From positions 1 through 64,000 of the IMG/VR virus record IMGVR_UViG_3300042398_000686: a stretch of 64,000 bases of DNA, one strand, 5' to 3'. Numbering within the stretch: the first letter of the stretch is position 1; the number at the start of each line of letters is the position of its first letter. The notes below the pieces were generated by a model. The model had not been told where the DNA came from, did no database searches, and saw only the letters and a list, made by a program, of their open reading frames with translations. Shown here piece after piece: positions 49,004-58,085 of this stretch. Made by a program: the position numbers and the translations under genes. The stretch comes from an uncultured virus (IMG/VR IMGVR_UViG_3300042398_000686) (Duplodnaviria; Heunggongvirae; Uroviricota; Caudoviricetes).

Positions 49004-49414
49004 TTATGTTAAAGGACCACCAACAACCCAAGCATCACATGTTCGAGCTGCAGCACATTTAAATTTTAAAAATCTGCAATACCCTAATTTACCTGCTTTA
49101 ATTACATCAAATGGATCTTCTGATCCTTCATCATTTCCGATTCCTGTAGCAATGCAGTTTAATGTTTTAGGTGTAATATCAAAAGCAGCACAGTTAGCAC
49201 ATAATGATTTTTTAGCTTCTTCGACCGAATCTAACTTCCACATATTCATTTTGGCTTGCCAAAATTTTTCGTTTGGTTCATTTGGATTTAAAGGTCCATA
49301 TCCATATTCATTAATAGCTTTCTGTCTATTATCAAGATTAAGTTTTATATTTTGGGTTGGAGCAGGGCATTTATTTAACTCTACCTCATTTAAAATATTA
49401 AATAATTTTATCAT
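49004..49414 (-). CDS. Cys-rich (HiPIP-like pattern) protein with ILNE leader
   Basis: CANCAAF...GYC...KFKC....TCDAW. Confidence 0.7.
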   Translation of the reverse strand: MIKLFNILNEVELNKCPAPTQNIKLNLDNRQKAINEYGYGPLNPNEPNEKFWQAKMNMWKLDSVEEAKKSLCANCAAFDITPKTLNCIATGIGNDEGSEDPFDVIKAGKLGYCRFLKFKCAAARTCDAWVVGGPLT

Positions 49415-49415
49415 T

Positions 49416-49988
49416 TTATTCTGTTTTAGTTGCTTCTTTAATTTTTTGAAGTTTCTCTAAAATTTGTTGTTTTAATTGAACAGTATCCAATCCATTACCA
49501 ACCCAATTTTGAATAGTTCCATCTTCCATAACATAAGCACCATTAACTAAATCATCTAAAAAATCATCTAATCCATTTGATACTGTTTCAGCAGCATAAC
49601 GAGCATTATTCATTATCATATTACGTTCATACTCTTCGTATTCGCCCTTCATTTTTAATTCACTTTCCATTTCAGTAACACAATGTAAACACATTTGATG
49701 AATGTTATACATTCTTTTATCTAAATGATGATTCATAGGTGTACCGCAATTAGGACATAATAAAGGCATAGCTAACGAAGCTGTTTTTCTTACATTACGC
49801 TTTATACCATTTTTAATGGTCCACGTACGCCCATTTTCTTCCCACACATCCCCATCTTCATGTAATTCATCTGCTTTAGTATAACCTACAGAAGTTACAG
49901 TTTTATCATTGTATTTCTTCTGTATAATGTTTCTTATACGTTTTAAATCACGTTCTGAGAATTGTTTTTTTAATTGTGTTTCTTTCAT
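49416..49988 (-). CDS. Zn-finger hypothetical protein
   Basis: GDVWEE.GRTWTIKNGIK; CPNC...CLHC. Confidence 0.7.
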   Translation of the reverse strand: MKETQLKKQFSERDLKRIRNIIQKKYNDKTVTSVGYTKADELHEDGDVWEENGRTWTIKNGIKRNVRKTASLAMPLLCPNCGTPMNHHLDKRMYNIHQMCLHCVTEMESELKMKGEYEEYERNMIMNNARYAAETVSNGLDDFLDDLVNGAYVMEDGTIQNWVGNGLDTVQLKQQILEKLQKIKEATKTE

Positions 49989-50986
49989 AACTGAGGTTTG
50001 TTGTATATTGCAATTATATCTTCTCCATCATTGGCTTCTGCTTCAAATGAATATTGAGAAGGTAAATTATTTTTTATGTATGTTGATACTATATTAAATC
50101 TTCTTCTATCTAAAGGTACTATATAAATCATAGTAAAATCAGGAGTACGTTTCATAAAATCTAAAGTAATAGCCATTACAGTAGCATTAATTTGTAACGG
50201 TTTTCCTTCTTTAGTATCTTCGTAATTAGTACCTAAAGGTCTATTTGTTGTATGATATACGCGTTCATATGTGCTTTCACCATCTGGTTTAAATGCTACA
50301 GTATAATCGTTGTTTTCTGTTTTAAATCTATATTCGTTGTATTTACCTCCAATGTATTCGAATGGTAAAGCTTTACTTAAATCACCACCTAATTCAGTAA
50401 CTAAATGTTCAAATAAACTAGGTTTTGCTTGGGCAAAATTACGCATAATAATAGCTGCTCTAGAATTTGCTTCATTTTCAACATCACTACCTGTTTTACC
50501 ATCACCTGGATTTAAACGTCCAGTAATATCTTGTTTGTAATGAACTAATTCATGTGCCAATGTTCTAAATATATCAGCCGGGTGTCTTTTAGCTATTACA
50601 ATTTGAATAGACTGTTCACCAGGCATATAACCACCCCATGATTTATTATTAATAGCTTCTTGGGAGTCATTAGAAAAATTTATTTGAGGTAAAGAATCTA
50701 ATTTAAGTTCACTCATAACATGTCTCATGAATTCTTTAACTAGATCTTTATTTAATGAAGATTTATTTTCTTCCAATTTAATTTTAGCTAATTTAGTATA
50801 ATATTTAGGATCTTCAAATAAATGATCAAGAGCAATTCTAGTAGCGGTTTTAATGTTACTAGTATGCTCTTGTTCTACTTTTATTCCTTTTTTAAGTTCA
50901 GACCTAAGTTCACTATCTTTAACACCATGCTTTTTAGCTATGTTAAGTAAACTCATATGATCCGAAATATGTCCTTGTTTTTTCAT
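49985..50986 (-). CDS. Three-module protein: DUF5661-like + zincin HExxH metallopeptidase-like + C-terminal domain
   Basis: KGIKVEQEH....A.RIALDHL.EDP.YY.KL; RTLAHELVH.KQ...ENEAN. Confidence 0.75.
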   Translation of the reverse strand: MKKQGHISDHMSLLNIAKKHGVKDSELRSELKKGIKVEQEHTSNIKTATRIALDHLFEDPKYYTKLAKIKLEENKSSLNKDLVKEFMRHVMSELKLDSLPQINFSNDSQEAINNKSWGGYMPGEQSIQIVIAKRHPADIFRTLAHELVHYKQDITGRLNPGDGKTGSDVENEANSRAAIIMRNFAQAKPSLFEHLVTELGGDLSKALPFEYIGGKYNEYRFKTENNDYTVAFKPDGESTYERVYHTTNRPLGTNYEDTKEGKPLQINATVMAITLDFMKRTPDFTMIYIVPLDRRRFNIVSTYIKNNLPSQYSFEAEANDGEDIIAIYNKPQL

Positions 50987-51025
50987 TTAATGTGTAGTAA
51001 GTGCTACATATAAATATCTACGGAA

Positions 51026-51811
51026 CTATTCTATCTTACAAGTTGTTGGTAACGTTTCCGTTGCCGGTTTAGCGTCAGGGTTTTCTAAGGTATAAATGTC
51101 ATATATCTTAAGAAACATTTCAAAATTTCGTTCAATTTCGTCTATCTCTTTTAATTGCCATCCTTTACCTTGTATTTTCTTACCGCTTTTATCTTCACCA
51201 CGAGTGGCTGCTTTTAACCATAAAATACCAGTTCGCTCAATTTTTTCATCATGGGTTTCGTTCCATGCTTTAGCATAAGATGCTAATTGTAAATCCATTG
51301 ATGTATGTAATGAATTAGATGTTTTATTATCTAATAACCATAATTGTTCATTTAAACGACATACAATGTCTGTTGTACCTGCGTATTTATGTTCATCTGA
51401 AAATAAATGATATTCTGTCGCTACTAATTCTGGTTTGTGTGTGTTCCAAAAGTCAGCAAATTTTAAAATCATTTTCCAAACGTCAAGAGAATATTTAGCA
51501 TTACCCCATTCATCTAACCAATTAATTTCTTCTCCATTTAAAAAATCATCAATAGCAGTGTGTACTTGAGTACCTTCGGCTGCTGCTTTAGATGCAATAA
51601 TGTCTGAATTATGTCCTACATCTTTTAACCAAGAATGAAAAAATTGGTTTTTAGGGAAATAATTTAAAATACTGGATACAGATGGGTAATATTCTCCATT
51701 TCGTCTATAAAAACGTTGGTCTAACACGTTAATTTGTTTATTATCTGCGCTATACTCAACGATTCTTTTTATTTTAACGTCTTTTATGACGTTGGCATTT
51801 CTGTCGATCAT
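51026..51811 (-). CDS. PD-(D/E)XK superfamily exonuclease
   Basis: YPSVSSIL, AA.EGT.VH, YAGTTDIV...LLDNKTS, QLASYA. Confidence 0.85.
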   Translation of the reverse strand: MIDRNANVIKDVKIKRIVEYSADNKQINVLDQRFYRRNGEYYPSVSSILNYFPKNQFFHSWLKDVGHNSDIIASKAAAEGTQVHTAIDDFLNGEEINWLDEWGNAKYSLDVWKMILKFADFWNTHKPELVATEYHLFSDEHKYAGTTDIVCRLNEQLWLLDNKTSNSLHTSMDLQLASYAKAWNETHDEKIERTGILWLKAATRGEDKSGKKIQGKGWQLKEIDEIERNFEMFLKIYDIYTLENPDAKPATETLPTTCKIE

Positions 51812-52767
51812 ATCAATTCTATTTTTTTATTTATAAGTGTTGAAAAATTAAGAGGCTGGGTTTGTTCAATGGTATTTAGGAAATTTTCAAATCCTATTTC
51901 ATTAGCATCTTTACCTCCTAGTTCAACTAGATATACTTCCTTACCATAAGAAAGTAGTGTTTCACAATGTTTGATGGCTTGTTTTAAAGCATCATTATCT
52001 AGAGCAATATATATTTTTTGTACTTGAGAACCAACTATTTTCTTCATTAATGTTTCAGAAATATCTTTACCAAATAATGGTATAACATTTCGTTTAATGG
52101 TTAAAGCATCAAATATACCTTCAACTAAAATCAAAGGAACATCCCAGTTAATATAATATTCCCAACCAATAATATTTCTTCCTACAGATGGATTTTTGTA
52201 TTTTTGAGATTCATCATCACGATAAGTTCGAGTGCTAAAATAATTTAAATCACCATTAGCATCATGAGAAGGTACTACAATGCGATGATCATATGGACCA
52301 CTAGGGCAAAAACCAATATTATATTTTAAAATGTCGTTTTCGGTAATTCCTCGCTTTTTTAAAAATTTAATAGCGTGTTTAGCTTCAATAGCCGTTATAG
52401 TATCTAAAGAATCAACATTATATAAAGAAATAAATTCTTTAGGTAGAGAAACCGTTTGGTTAACTTCTACCATTTTACTACCCGGTTTAATTAAATTATT
52501 TAATTCTTGAATTCGGTGAGAAGGTGCCTTTACTTTTTTAAATAATGAAATAAGTGTCTTACCTTTTTCACCACATACCCAACAATGCCAAGGATTTTCC
52601 TTTTTTTCATTGGTGTGAAGTTGAATTTCTAATTTAGGTTTAGAGTGATGGCAAAATGGACATGGGACGGCAATATTACGACGTGCCGTAGATTTACTCC
52701 TTCCTAATACCGATTCTATTACCGTTAGAACCATTTTTTCTCTTATTCCCTCTTCTTTTATTTCCAT
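51808..52767 (-). CDS. dnaG: DNA primase (Zn finger + TOPRIM)
   Basis: CPFC...WHCWVC; KYKNP; LVEGIFDA; LDND; KDANE. Confidence 0.92.
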   Translation of the reverse strand: MEIKEEGIREKMVLTVIESVLGRSKSTARRNIAVPCPFCHHSKPKLEIQLHTNEKKENPWHCWVCGEKGKTLISLFKKVKAPSHRIQELNNLIKPGSKMVEVNQTVSLPKEFISLYNVDSLDTITAIEAKHAIKFLKKRGITENDILKYNIGFCPSGPYDHRIVVPSHDANGDLNYFSTRTYRDDESQKYKNPSVGRNIIGWEYYINWDVPLILVEGIFDALTIKRNVIPLFGKDISETLMKKIVGSQVQKIYIALDNDALKQAIKHCETLLSYGKEVYLVELGGKDANEIGFENFLNTIEQTQPLNFSTLINKKIELI

Positions 52768-52794
52768 TTTTTTATGTTTTCAAACCCTGTAGGG

Positions 52795-52826
52795 CGAAGG
52801 TAATAAAGATTTCTGGGTTTTCCAAG
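52795..52826 (-). promoter_or_regulatory. Host-type promoter candidate upstream of primase
   Basis: CTTG-N20-TACCTTCG. Confidence 0.45.
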
Positions 52827-52831
52827 CGGGT

Positions 52832-53263
52832 TTAAATTAAGTCTTTGCGGAAGAATTTACCTAATATATTGTCATTATATGAATTATAATTAAGTAAGCA
52901 TTCATTTATGCACTGATAATGTAATTCGTAATATGTTAATTCTTTTTTATCTTTACAAAGTTTTAGAATAATACATTCAAACATTTCAGTTCCTAATTCT
53001 TTAACATCTTGTTGTAATTCTTTAGATGAACCCCAATAAGATCTCCAGTCACTTTCCTTAATTACTTGCTTTGTAGTCGATTTTCTTCCTCGAGTCACGG
53101 GAAGTGCTGCTAATTCTTTTTTCCCCAATTTAACATTGGAAGTATGGTAGAAATATTTCTTACCAATATAGAATTTACTGTTAGTAAGATTTGTAATTTT
53201 ATATACAAATCCAAAGTAGTCTTGAGGATCAAATTCCTCCGAGTGTAACCATTTATTTTCCAT
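52832..53263 (-). CDS. GIY-YIG nuclease
   Basis: GFVYKITN.....YIGKK ... W.SYWGSS ... E ... YN.NI. Confidence 0.85.
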   Translation of the reverse strand: MENKWLHSEEFDPQDYFGFVYKITNLTNSKFYIGKKYFYHTSNVKLGKKELAALPVTRGRKSTTKQVIKESDWRSYWGSSKELQQDVKELGTEMFECIILKLCKDKKELTYYELHYQCINECLLNYNSYNDNILGKFFRKDLI

Positions 53264-53277
53264 AACGTTAATTTATT

Positions 53278-53628
53278 TTATTTATCGTATTTTATGACAA
53301 AAGTCATATCTGTATTTTGTGATATAGGTAATGCTTGAGATAATTTAGCAACAGCTAATAAGTCGTTTTGTTCATTATATAATCCTATAGTTGTAACATA
53401 AGGTTCAAAATATGAAGATGTTGCAAAATATTTTAATTCAGGTAAAGGTGTATTTAATGATTGTGATATAAAAGTACTTCCTGTAAATAAATTATTTTGT
53501 AATAATGTTGGGTTATATGAAGCATTAAATTCATTATCCTTAACATGACATATTACGTTTTGCTCATAGATTATCACTTCGTTTTGAAACGAAATGTTAA
53601 AACTTGGTGGCGGTGGAGAATATCCCAT
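53278..53628 (-). CDS. Baseplate protein C-terminal module (split from 54416..57031)
   Basis: EFN.S.NP...PYVTTIGLYN..NDLLAVAKL..., paralogous to the C-terminus of 57057..58079. Confidence 0.75.
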   Translation of the reverse strand: MGYSPPPPSFNISFQNEVIIYEQNVICHVKDNEFNASYNPTLLQNNLFTGSTFISQSLNTPLPELKYFATSSYFEPYVTTIGLYNEQNDLLAVAKLSQALPISQNTDMTFVIKYDK

Positions 53629-53651
53629 ATTATTATTTTATTATAATTATA

Positions 53652-54392
53652 TTAACAAATAGTAGAATTTAAAATAAGTCCTGAAGTGCCTATTTGGATT
53701 ACACCTACTATGGGTCCAATTCCTAGATATGATAATGCAACCCATCTGTCAAATCCATTAACAGGTATTGTAAGAGCTGCATCTCCATATACATAATTTC
53801 CAGGTGCTATACCTCCCACTGAATTAACATAATAGGCAGCGTATGCAAATGCTGGATATGCATTACAAGCTAAATAAGCTTGAGTATAAGCTCCAGAAGG
53901 AGTACCTATATACAACAAACTAGATGCGGGTGGTGTAACTGATGGTGTTCTGCTAATTGATATAGAAGGAGTTGGTGTTAATGAAATAAGAGGTGTTTCA
54001 CTTGGGGTAACACTTGGGGTAACACTTGGTGTATTACTAGGTGGTGGTGTTACACTAGGTGTTACACTAATAGTTGGACTAGGAGTTACAGTTCTAGTTG
54101 GTGTTACAGTAACAGTTGGTGTTATACTAGGTGTTATACTAATCGATGGTGTAATAGATATAGATGGCGTTGGAAACGGTACTATATCTTGTGTAGCACA
54201 ACCAAATGACATATTAACTACAACAATAGACGATGAAGTAAACCCACTAGGAAGAGTAATAAAATATCCTCCATCCAATTGAGCTTGAGTTACTCCTGAA
54301 GCATATAATTGCAATCCTGAAGTTCCTGATAAGTAAATATCAAATGGTCCAGGTGAATTTCCTTCTTGATAGTATATTTGAAAATCTGGCAT
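53652..54392 (-). CDS. Virion surface protein with central PST stalk
   Basis: GPFDIY N-terminal domain, TPS repeats, Cys-containing C-terminal domain. Confidence 0.7.
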   Translation of the reverse strand: MPDFQIYYQEGNSPGPFDIYLSGTSGLQLYASGVTQAQLDGGYFITLPSGFTSSSIVVVNMSFGCATQDIVPFPTPSISITPSISITPSITPTVTVTPTRTVTPSPTISVTPSVTPPPSNTPSVTPSVTPSETPLISLTPTPSISISRTPSVTPPASSLLYIGTPSGAYTQAYLACNAYPAFAYAAYYVNSVGGIAPGNYVYGDAALTIPVNGFDRWVALSYLGIGPIVGVIQIGTSGLILNSTIC

Positions 54393-54415
54393 AAATTATT
54401 TTATATTAAATATTT

Positions 54416-57031
54416 TTAAAAACATGTGAACGGTAATTGTCCCTCATAGTTTATTATTGTTGATGTAAAATTTACTGAATACTCATCATATACATCAAAT
54501 CCAAAAAATGGGTCATAATATTGATATTGGTACCAAAATTCTGCTAAAGAATACATTAATGTAAATGTAACGGCACCATCATCAGTAGCATAATAATAAC
54601 CGTCACTACCTAACCATATACCATAAGCAGGACCACAAGGTGTACCAGGAGTCCAATCATTAGCATAGAATGTATATGATATACCTGATACTGATGGTGT
54701 TATACTTGGTGTAATTGATGGTGTTTTACTAATACTAATTGAAGGCGTTACACTTGGTGTTTTACTAATACTAATTGAAGGCGTTACACTTGGTGTTTTA
54801 CTAACCGATATTGATGGTGTTACACTTGGAGTAGCACTAGGTGTTCTACTTACACTAATAGATGGCGTTATACTAATCGATGGTGTTATACTTGGAGTAA
54901 CACTAGGTGTTCTACTTACACTAATACTTGGAGTAGTAGATGGTGATGGTGGAGCAGGGCATGGATTAAATGCTGTACATGCATTACAATCTTCAAACCC
55001 TAAATCACCACTCCACGTTATAGTTGCAACTGGTTCAATATTACTGTTTATAAAGAAACATTCATCTGTTGTTGATGTTACTACTGTTCCTATAAATGCC
55101 GCTGGTATTACCATTCCTTCTTTTCTAGAATCACAACAACTTATTGCTTGGCGAATAACTGATGGTGATGAAGTAGAAGGTGTTCTACTTGGTGTTACAC
55201 TAGGTGTTTTACTAACCGATATTGATGGTGTTATACTTGGTGTAACACTAATCGATATACTTGGTGTTATGCTAGGAGTAACAGATGGTGTAGCACTAAT
55301 CGAAATCGATGGTGTTATCGAAATTGAAGGCGTTACACTTGGTGTAACACTAGGTGTTTTGCTTATACTAATCGATGGTGTAATACTAATAGATGGTGTA
55401 ATACTAATCGATGGTGTACTTGATATATTAGGCGTTACACTTGGAGTATTAGAAATAGAAATACTAGGAGTAACAGATGGTGTTGCGCTAATCGATATAC
55501 TAGGTGTAATTGAAATCGATGGCGTTATACTAGGAGTAACACTTATAGAAATTGATGGTGTAACAGATGGTGTTGCACTTATACTAATACTAGGCGTAAT
55601 ACTAGGAGTAGCAGATGGTGTAACAGATGGTGTTGCACTTATCGAAATTGAAGGTGTTATACTAATAGACGGTGTTATACTCGGCGTTATACTTGGTGTA
55701 GCGCTTATCGAAATTGATGGTGTTACACTTGGAGTAGCACTTATCGAAATCGAAGGTGTAATCGATGGTGTTGTACTAGGAGTAGCACTAATCGAAATCG
55801 ATGGCGTTATCGAAATTGAAGGCGTTACACTTGGAGTTACACTTGGTGTAGCACTTATTGAAATTGATGGTGTTACACTAGGTGTTGCACTAATTGAAAT
55901 CGAAGGCGTTATTGATGGTGTTATACTAGGTGTTCTACTTGGTGTTACTGATGGTGTTCTACTAACACTTATACTTGGTGTAGGACTTACTGACGGTGTA
56001 GCCGATGGAGTTCTACTAACAGATATAGTTGGTGTTGTTGTTGGTGTAACAGTTGGAGTAACAGATATAGTTGGTGTTGGTGTTACAGATGGTGCTGGTG
56101 GTGAAATTTCTATAATACCTATTTCAAATTCACATTCTGGATCTGTTACATTTACTGTTATACTTCCTGTACCACTACGTAAAGGAGCACAATAAGAACC
56201 AGTAACTAAAAATGTATAAAAAGTTTGATATGTCCCTACTCCTAAACCAGAGAAAGACATAGATACAGTGTTACTAGAACCTGTACTAAAGAATGATATA
56301 TCCCCTCCAAATAAAGTAATAGATTGATTTACTAATGTATTACCCCTTAAATCATCATTTATTAAAGGATTAAATGAGAATGTTGCTGGGTTAGGGTAGT
56401 CACTTCGTATAATTGTGTAATTATCATCGTACGCTACTGGAGGTAATACAAATAATGTTTGAAAATCTTGACTAGTAATTACTACTGTACCTTGTTCATA
56501 AAAAATATTACCTACGTGAGCTGGTGGATTACTATTAAAGTTATCATAAACATTACCCTTACCATCATCATAAAAATTATACTGAGATGATGACATTTGG
56601 AAAGTATAAGGTAATAATCTACTTCCGTAAGCTTTAGGTGATATTTGTATTACCTTTATTTCCTCATTTGCTCCTGTTGGGAAATTAGAAATAAAAGCAG
56701 GGTCATTGTTATAGTTAAAATATGAAGCAGTAGGGTGACTACTGCTAGCTGATTCATAATATAATGATGATGCTAATGAAGATGTATTTAAACTACCTGA
56801 AAAGTCATGGTAAAATAATTGGTTAATCTGTCTATACGTTAACCTATCATAATGTCCATTAGTTATCCAATCCTCATTAGGATTAAATAGATCTGTTGAA
56901 TTTATACCATTATAATACGAAACATAAGGGTCATTAGTTGGAACCGGACAATAATTAAAGTTCCAACTTTTATTTGCTACAACAGGTACTGTTATAACAT
57001 CCGAAGATTTTAACTTTTTGAATGAACCCAT
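54416..57031 (-). CDS. Baseplate protein N-terminal half fused to Ig-like domain, ~310-aa mucin stalk and Cys-rich tip
   Basis: YDDGKGN...VGNIFYEQG.VVIT; PVAYDD.Y Ig-like motif; long TPSISISATPS tract. Confidence 0.8.
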   Translation of the reverse strand: MGSFKKLKSSDVITVPVVANKSWNFNYCPVPTNDPYVSYYNGINSTDLFNPNEDWITNGHYDRLTYRQINQLFYHDFSGSLNTSSLASSLYYESASSSHPTASYFNYNNDPAFISNFPTGANEEIKVIQISPKAYGSRLLPYTFQMSSSQYNFYDDGKGNVYDNFNSNPPAHVGNIFYEQGTVVITSQDFQTLFVLPPVAYDDNYTIIRSDYPNPATFSFNPLINDDLRGNTLVNQSITLFGGDISFFSTGSSNTVSMSFSGLGVGTYQTFYTFLVTGSYCAPLRSGTGSITVNVTDPECEFEIGIIEISPPAPSVTPTPTISVTPTVTPTTTPTISVSRTPSATPSVSPTPSISVSRTPSVTPSRTPSITPSITPSISISATPSVTPSISISATPSVTPSVTPSISITPSISISATPSTTPSITPSISISATPSVTPSISISATPSITPSITPSISITPSISISATPSVTPSATPSITPSISISATPSVTPSISISVTPSITPSISITPSISISATPSVTPSISISNTPSVTPNISSTPSISITPSISITPSISISKTPSVTPSVTPSISITPSISISATPSVTPSITPSISISVTPSITPSISVSKTPSVTPSRTPSTSSPSVIRQAISCCDSRKEGMVIPAAFIGTVVTSTTDECFFINSNIEPVATITWSGDLGFEDCNACTAFNPCPAPPSPSTTPSISVSRTPSVTPSITPSISITPSISVSRTPSATPSVTPSISVSKTPSVTPSISISKTPSVTPSISISKTPSITPSITPSVSGISYTFYANDWTPGTPCGPAYGIWLGSDGYYYATDDGAVTFTLMYSLAEFWYQYQYYDPFFGFDVYDEYSVNFTSTIINYEGQLPFTCF

Positions 57032-57056
57032 TTATTAACATTTGTTATTGATTAAA

Positions 57057-58079
57057 TTAGTAATCTAATTTTACTTGAATTAATGCTTCTTTTGTAAAAT
57101 CTTTTACCAATGGTCTACTTAATTTAGCAACAGCTAATAACTCATTCTGATCATTATACATACCTACAGTAGTAATGTATGTTTGAGGATTGTTAATTAA
57201 TGTAGTATATATTAAATTACCATTAGCATCAATAATAGATGGGTTAGTAGTGTAATTAAAGTCTTGATTTTTAACTCTAGTAAAGAACAAATGAGAAGAG
57301 ACATTCTCCTCAGATTGTAAAGCAAAATAAGAACTCCCAGACATTATCTGATATATTCCTGTTTGAATATTGTTATTAGTTCCAGGTGCATTTACTGTAG
57401 GATTATAAGATATACCTCCATCTACAATAGATTTACTTAAAGCTGTAGGATTTAAAATAATAATATCACTATCTGGGTATAAGTAACCATACACAGAAGC
57501 ATTAGTAGCTGCTGTAGCTGCCGTACCTGCACTACCTGAAATTAAAGTATAATATAAAGTACCTGCTGTTGTATAATTTGTTGTACTAGATATTTGACTA
57601 TTATCTGTTAAAGAAATTTCATTAAATCCATTTTTCAATTTTAATGTCATTGAACCTGGTTGAATGTGTTCTTTATATCTATTTCTAGCAACATTTATGA
57701 TGTAAATACCATTTGGGTTGTCATTATTAAACTCAAAACTACCACTTTCAGTCCCTAATAATAATGTCCTATATTGACCATATACAACTCTAGAAGTTGT
57801 AAGTGATGAACCATCCGGTAAGACAGTTGTAACTCCGTTATTTATATAACTAGAACCACTTCCATATTTGTTACCATATTGAATAGCTAATTGAACTGAC
57901 TCCGTAGTAGAAGTTAAAGCTCCTGGATAATTGGAGTAGACATTTAAGTAAAAAGGACTTGTAATAGCACTAGAAGTGTAAAATGTAGATAATACATTTT
58001 CATCACCACTCCACATTGGTCTTACAATAGCCTCAGTACTTACTACAGAATCTTCTGGTGTGTATCTTACGAATGACAT
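57057..58079 (-). CDS. Baseplate/virion structural protein
   Basis: R.RYKE.IQPGS; FNYTTNPS; YITTVGMYND.NELLAVAKLS.PL. Confidence 0.75.
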   Translation of the reverse strand: MSFVRYTPEDSVVSTEAIVRPMWSGDENVLSTFYTSSAITSPFYLNVYSNYPGALTSTTESVQLAIQYGNKYGSGSSYINNGVTTVLPDGSSLTTSRVVYGQYRTLLLGTESGSFEFNNDNPNGIYIINVARNRYKEHIQPGSMTLKLKNGFNEISLTDNSQISSTTNYTTAGTLYYTLISGSAGTAATAATNASVYGYLYPDSDIIILNPTALSKSIVDGGISYNPTVNAPGTNNNIQTGIYQIMSGSSYFALQSEENVSSHLFFTRVKNQDFNYTTNPSIIDANGNLIYTTLINNPQTYITTVGMYNDQNELLAVAKLSRPLVKDFTKEALIQVKLDY

Positions 58080-58085
58080 ATATTA

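Noticed and set aside
441..51949. Numerous short + strand ORFs in the track
   Set aside because: They lie antisense to well-supported minus-strand genes and show no recognisable motifs.
54700..56100. Possible CRISPR array or satellite in repeat tracts
   Set aside because: Repeats are in-frame, codon-degenerate protein repeats without constant repeat/unique spacer structure.
55269..56195. 308-aa + strand ORF of GV(T/I)(L/D) repeats (also 6841..7200)
   Set aside because: Antisense shadow of the TPS repeats, which lack stops on the opposite strand; no independent evidence of coding.
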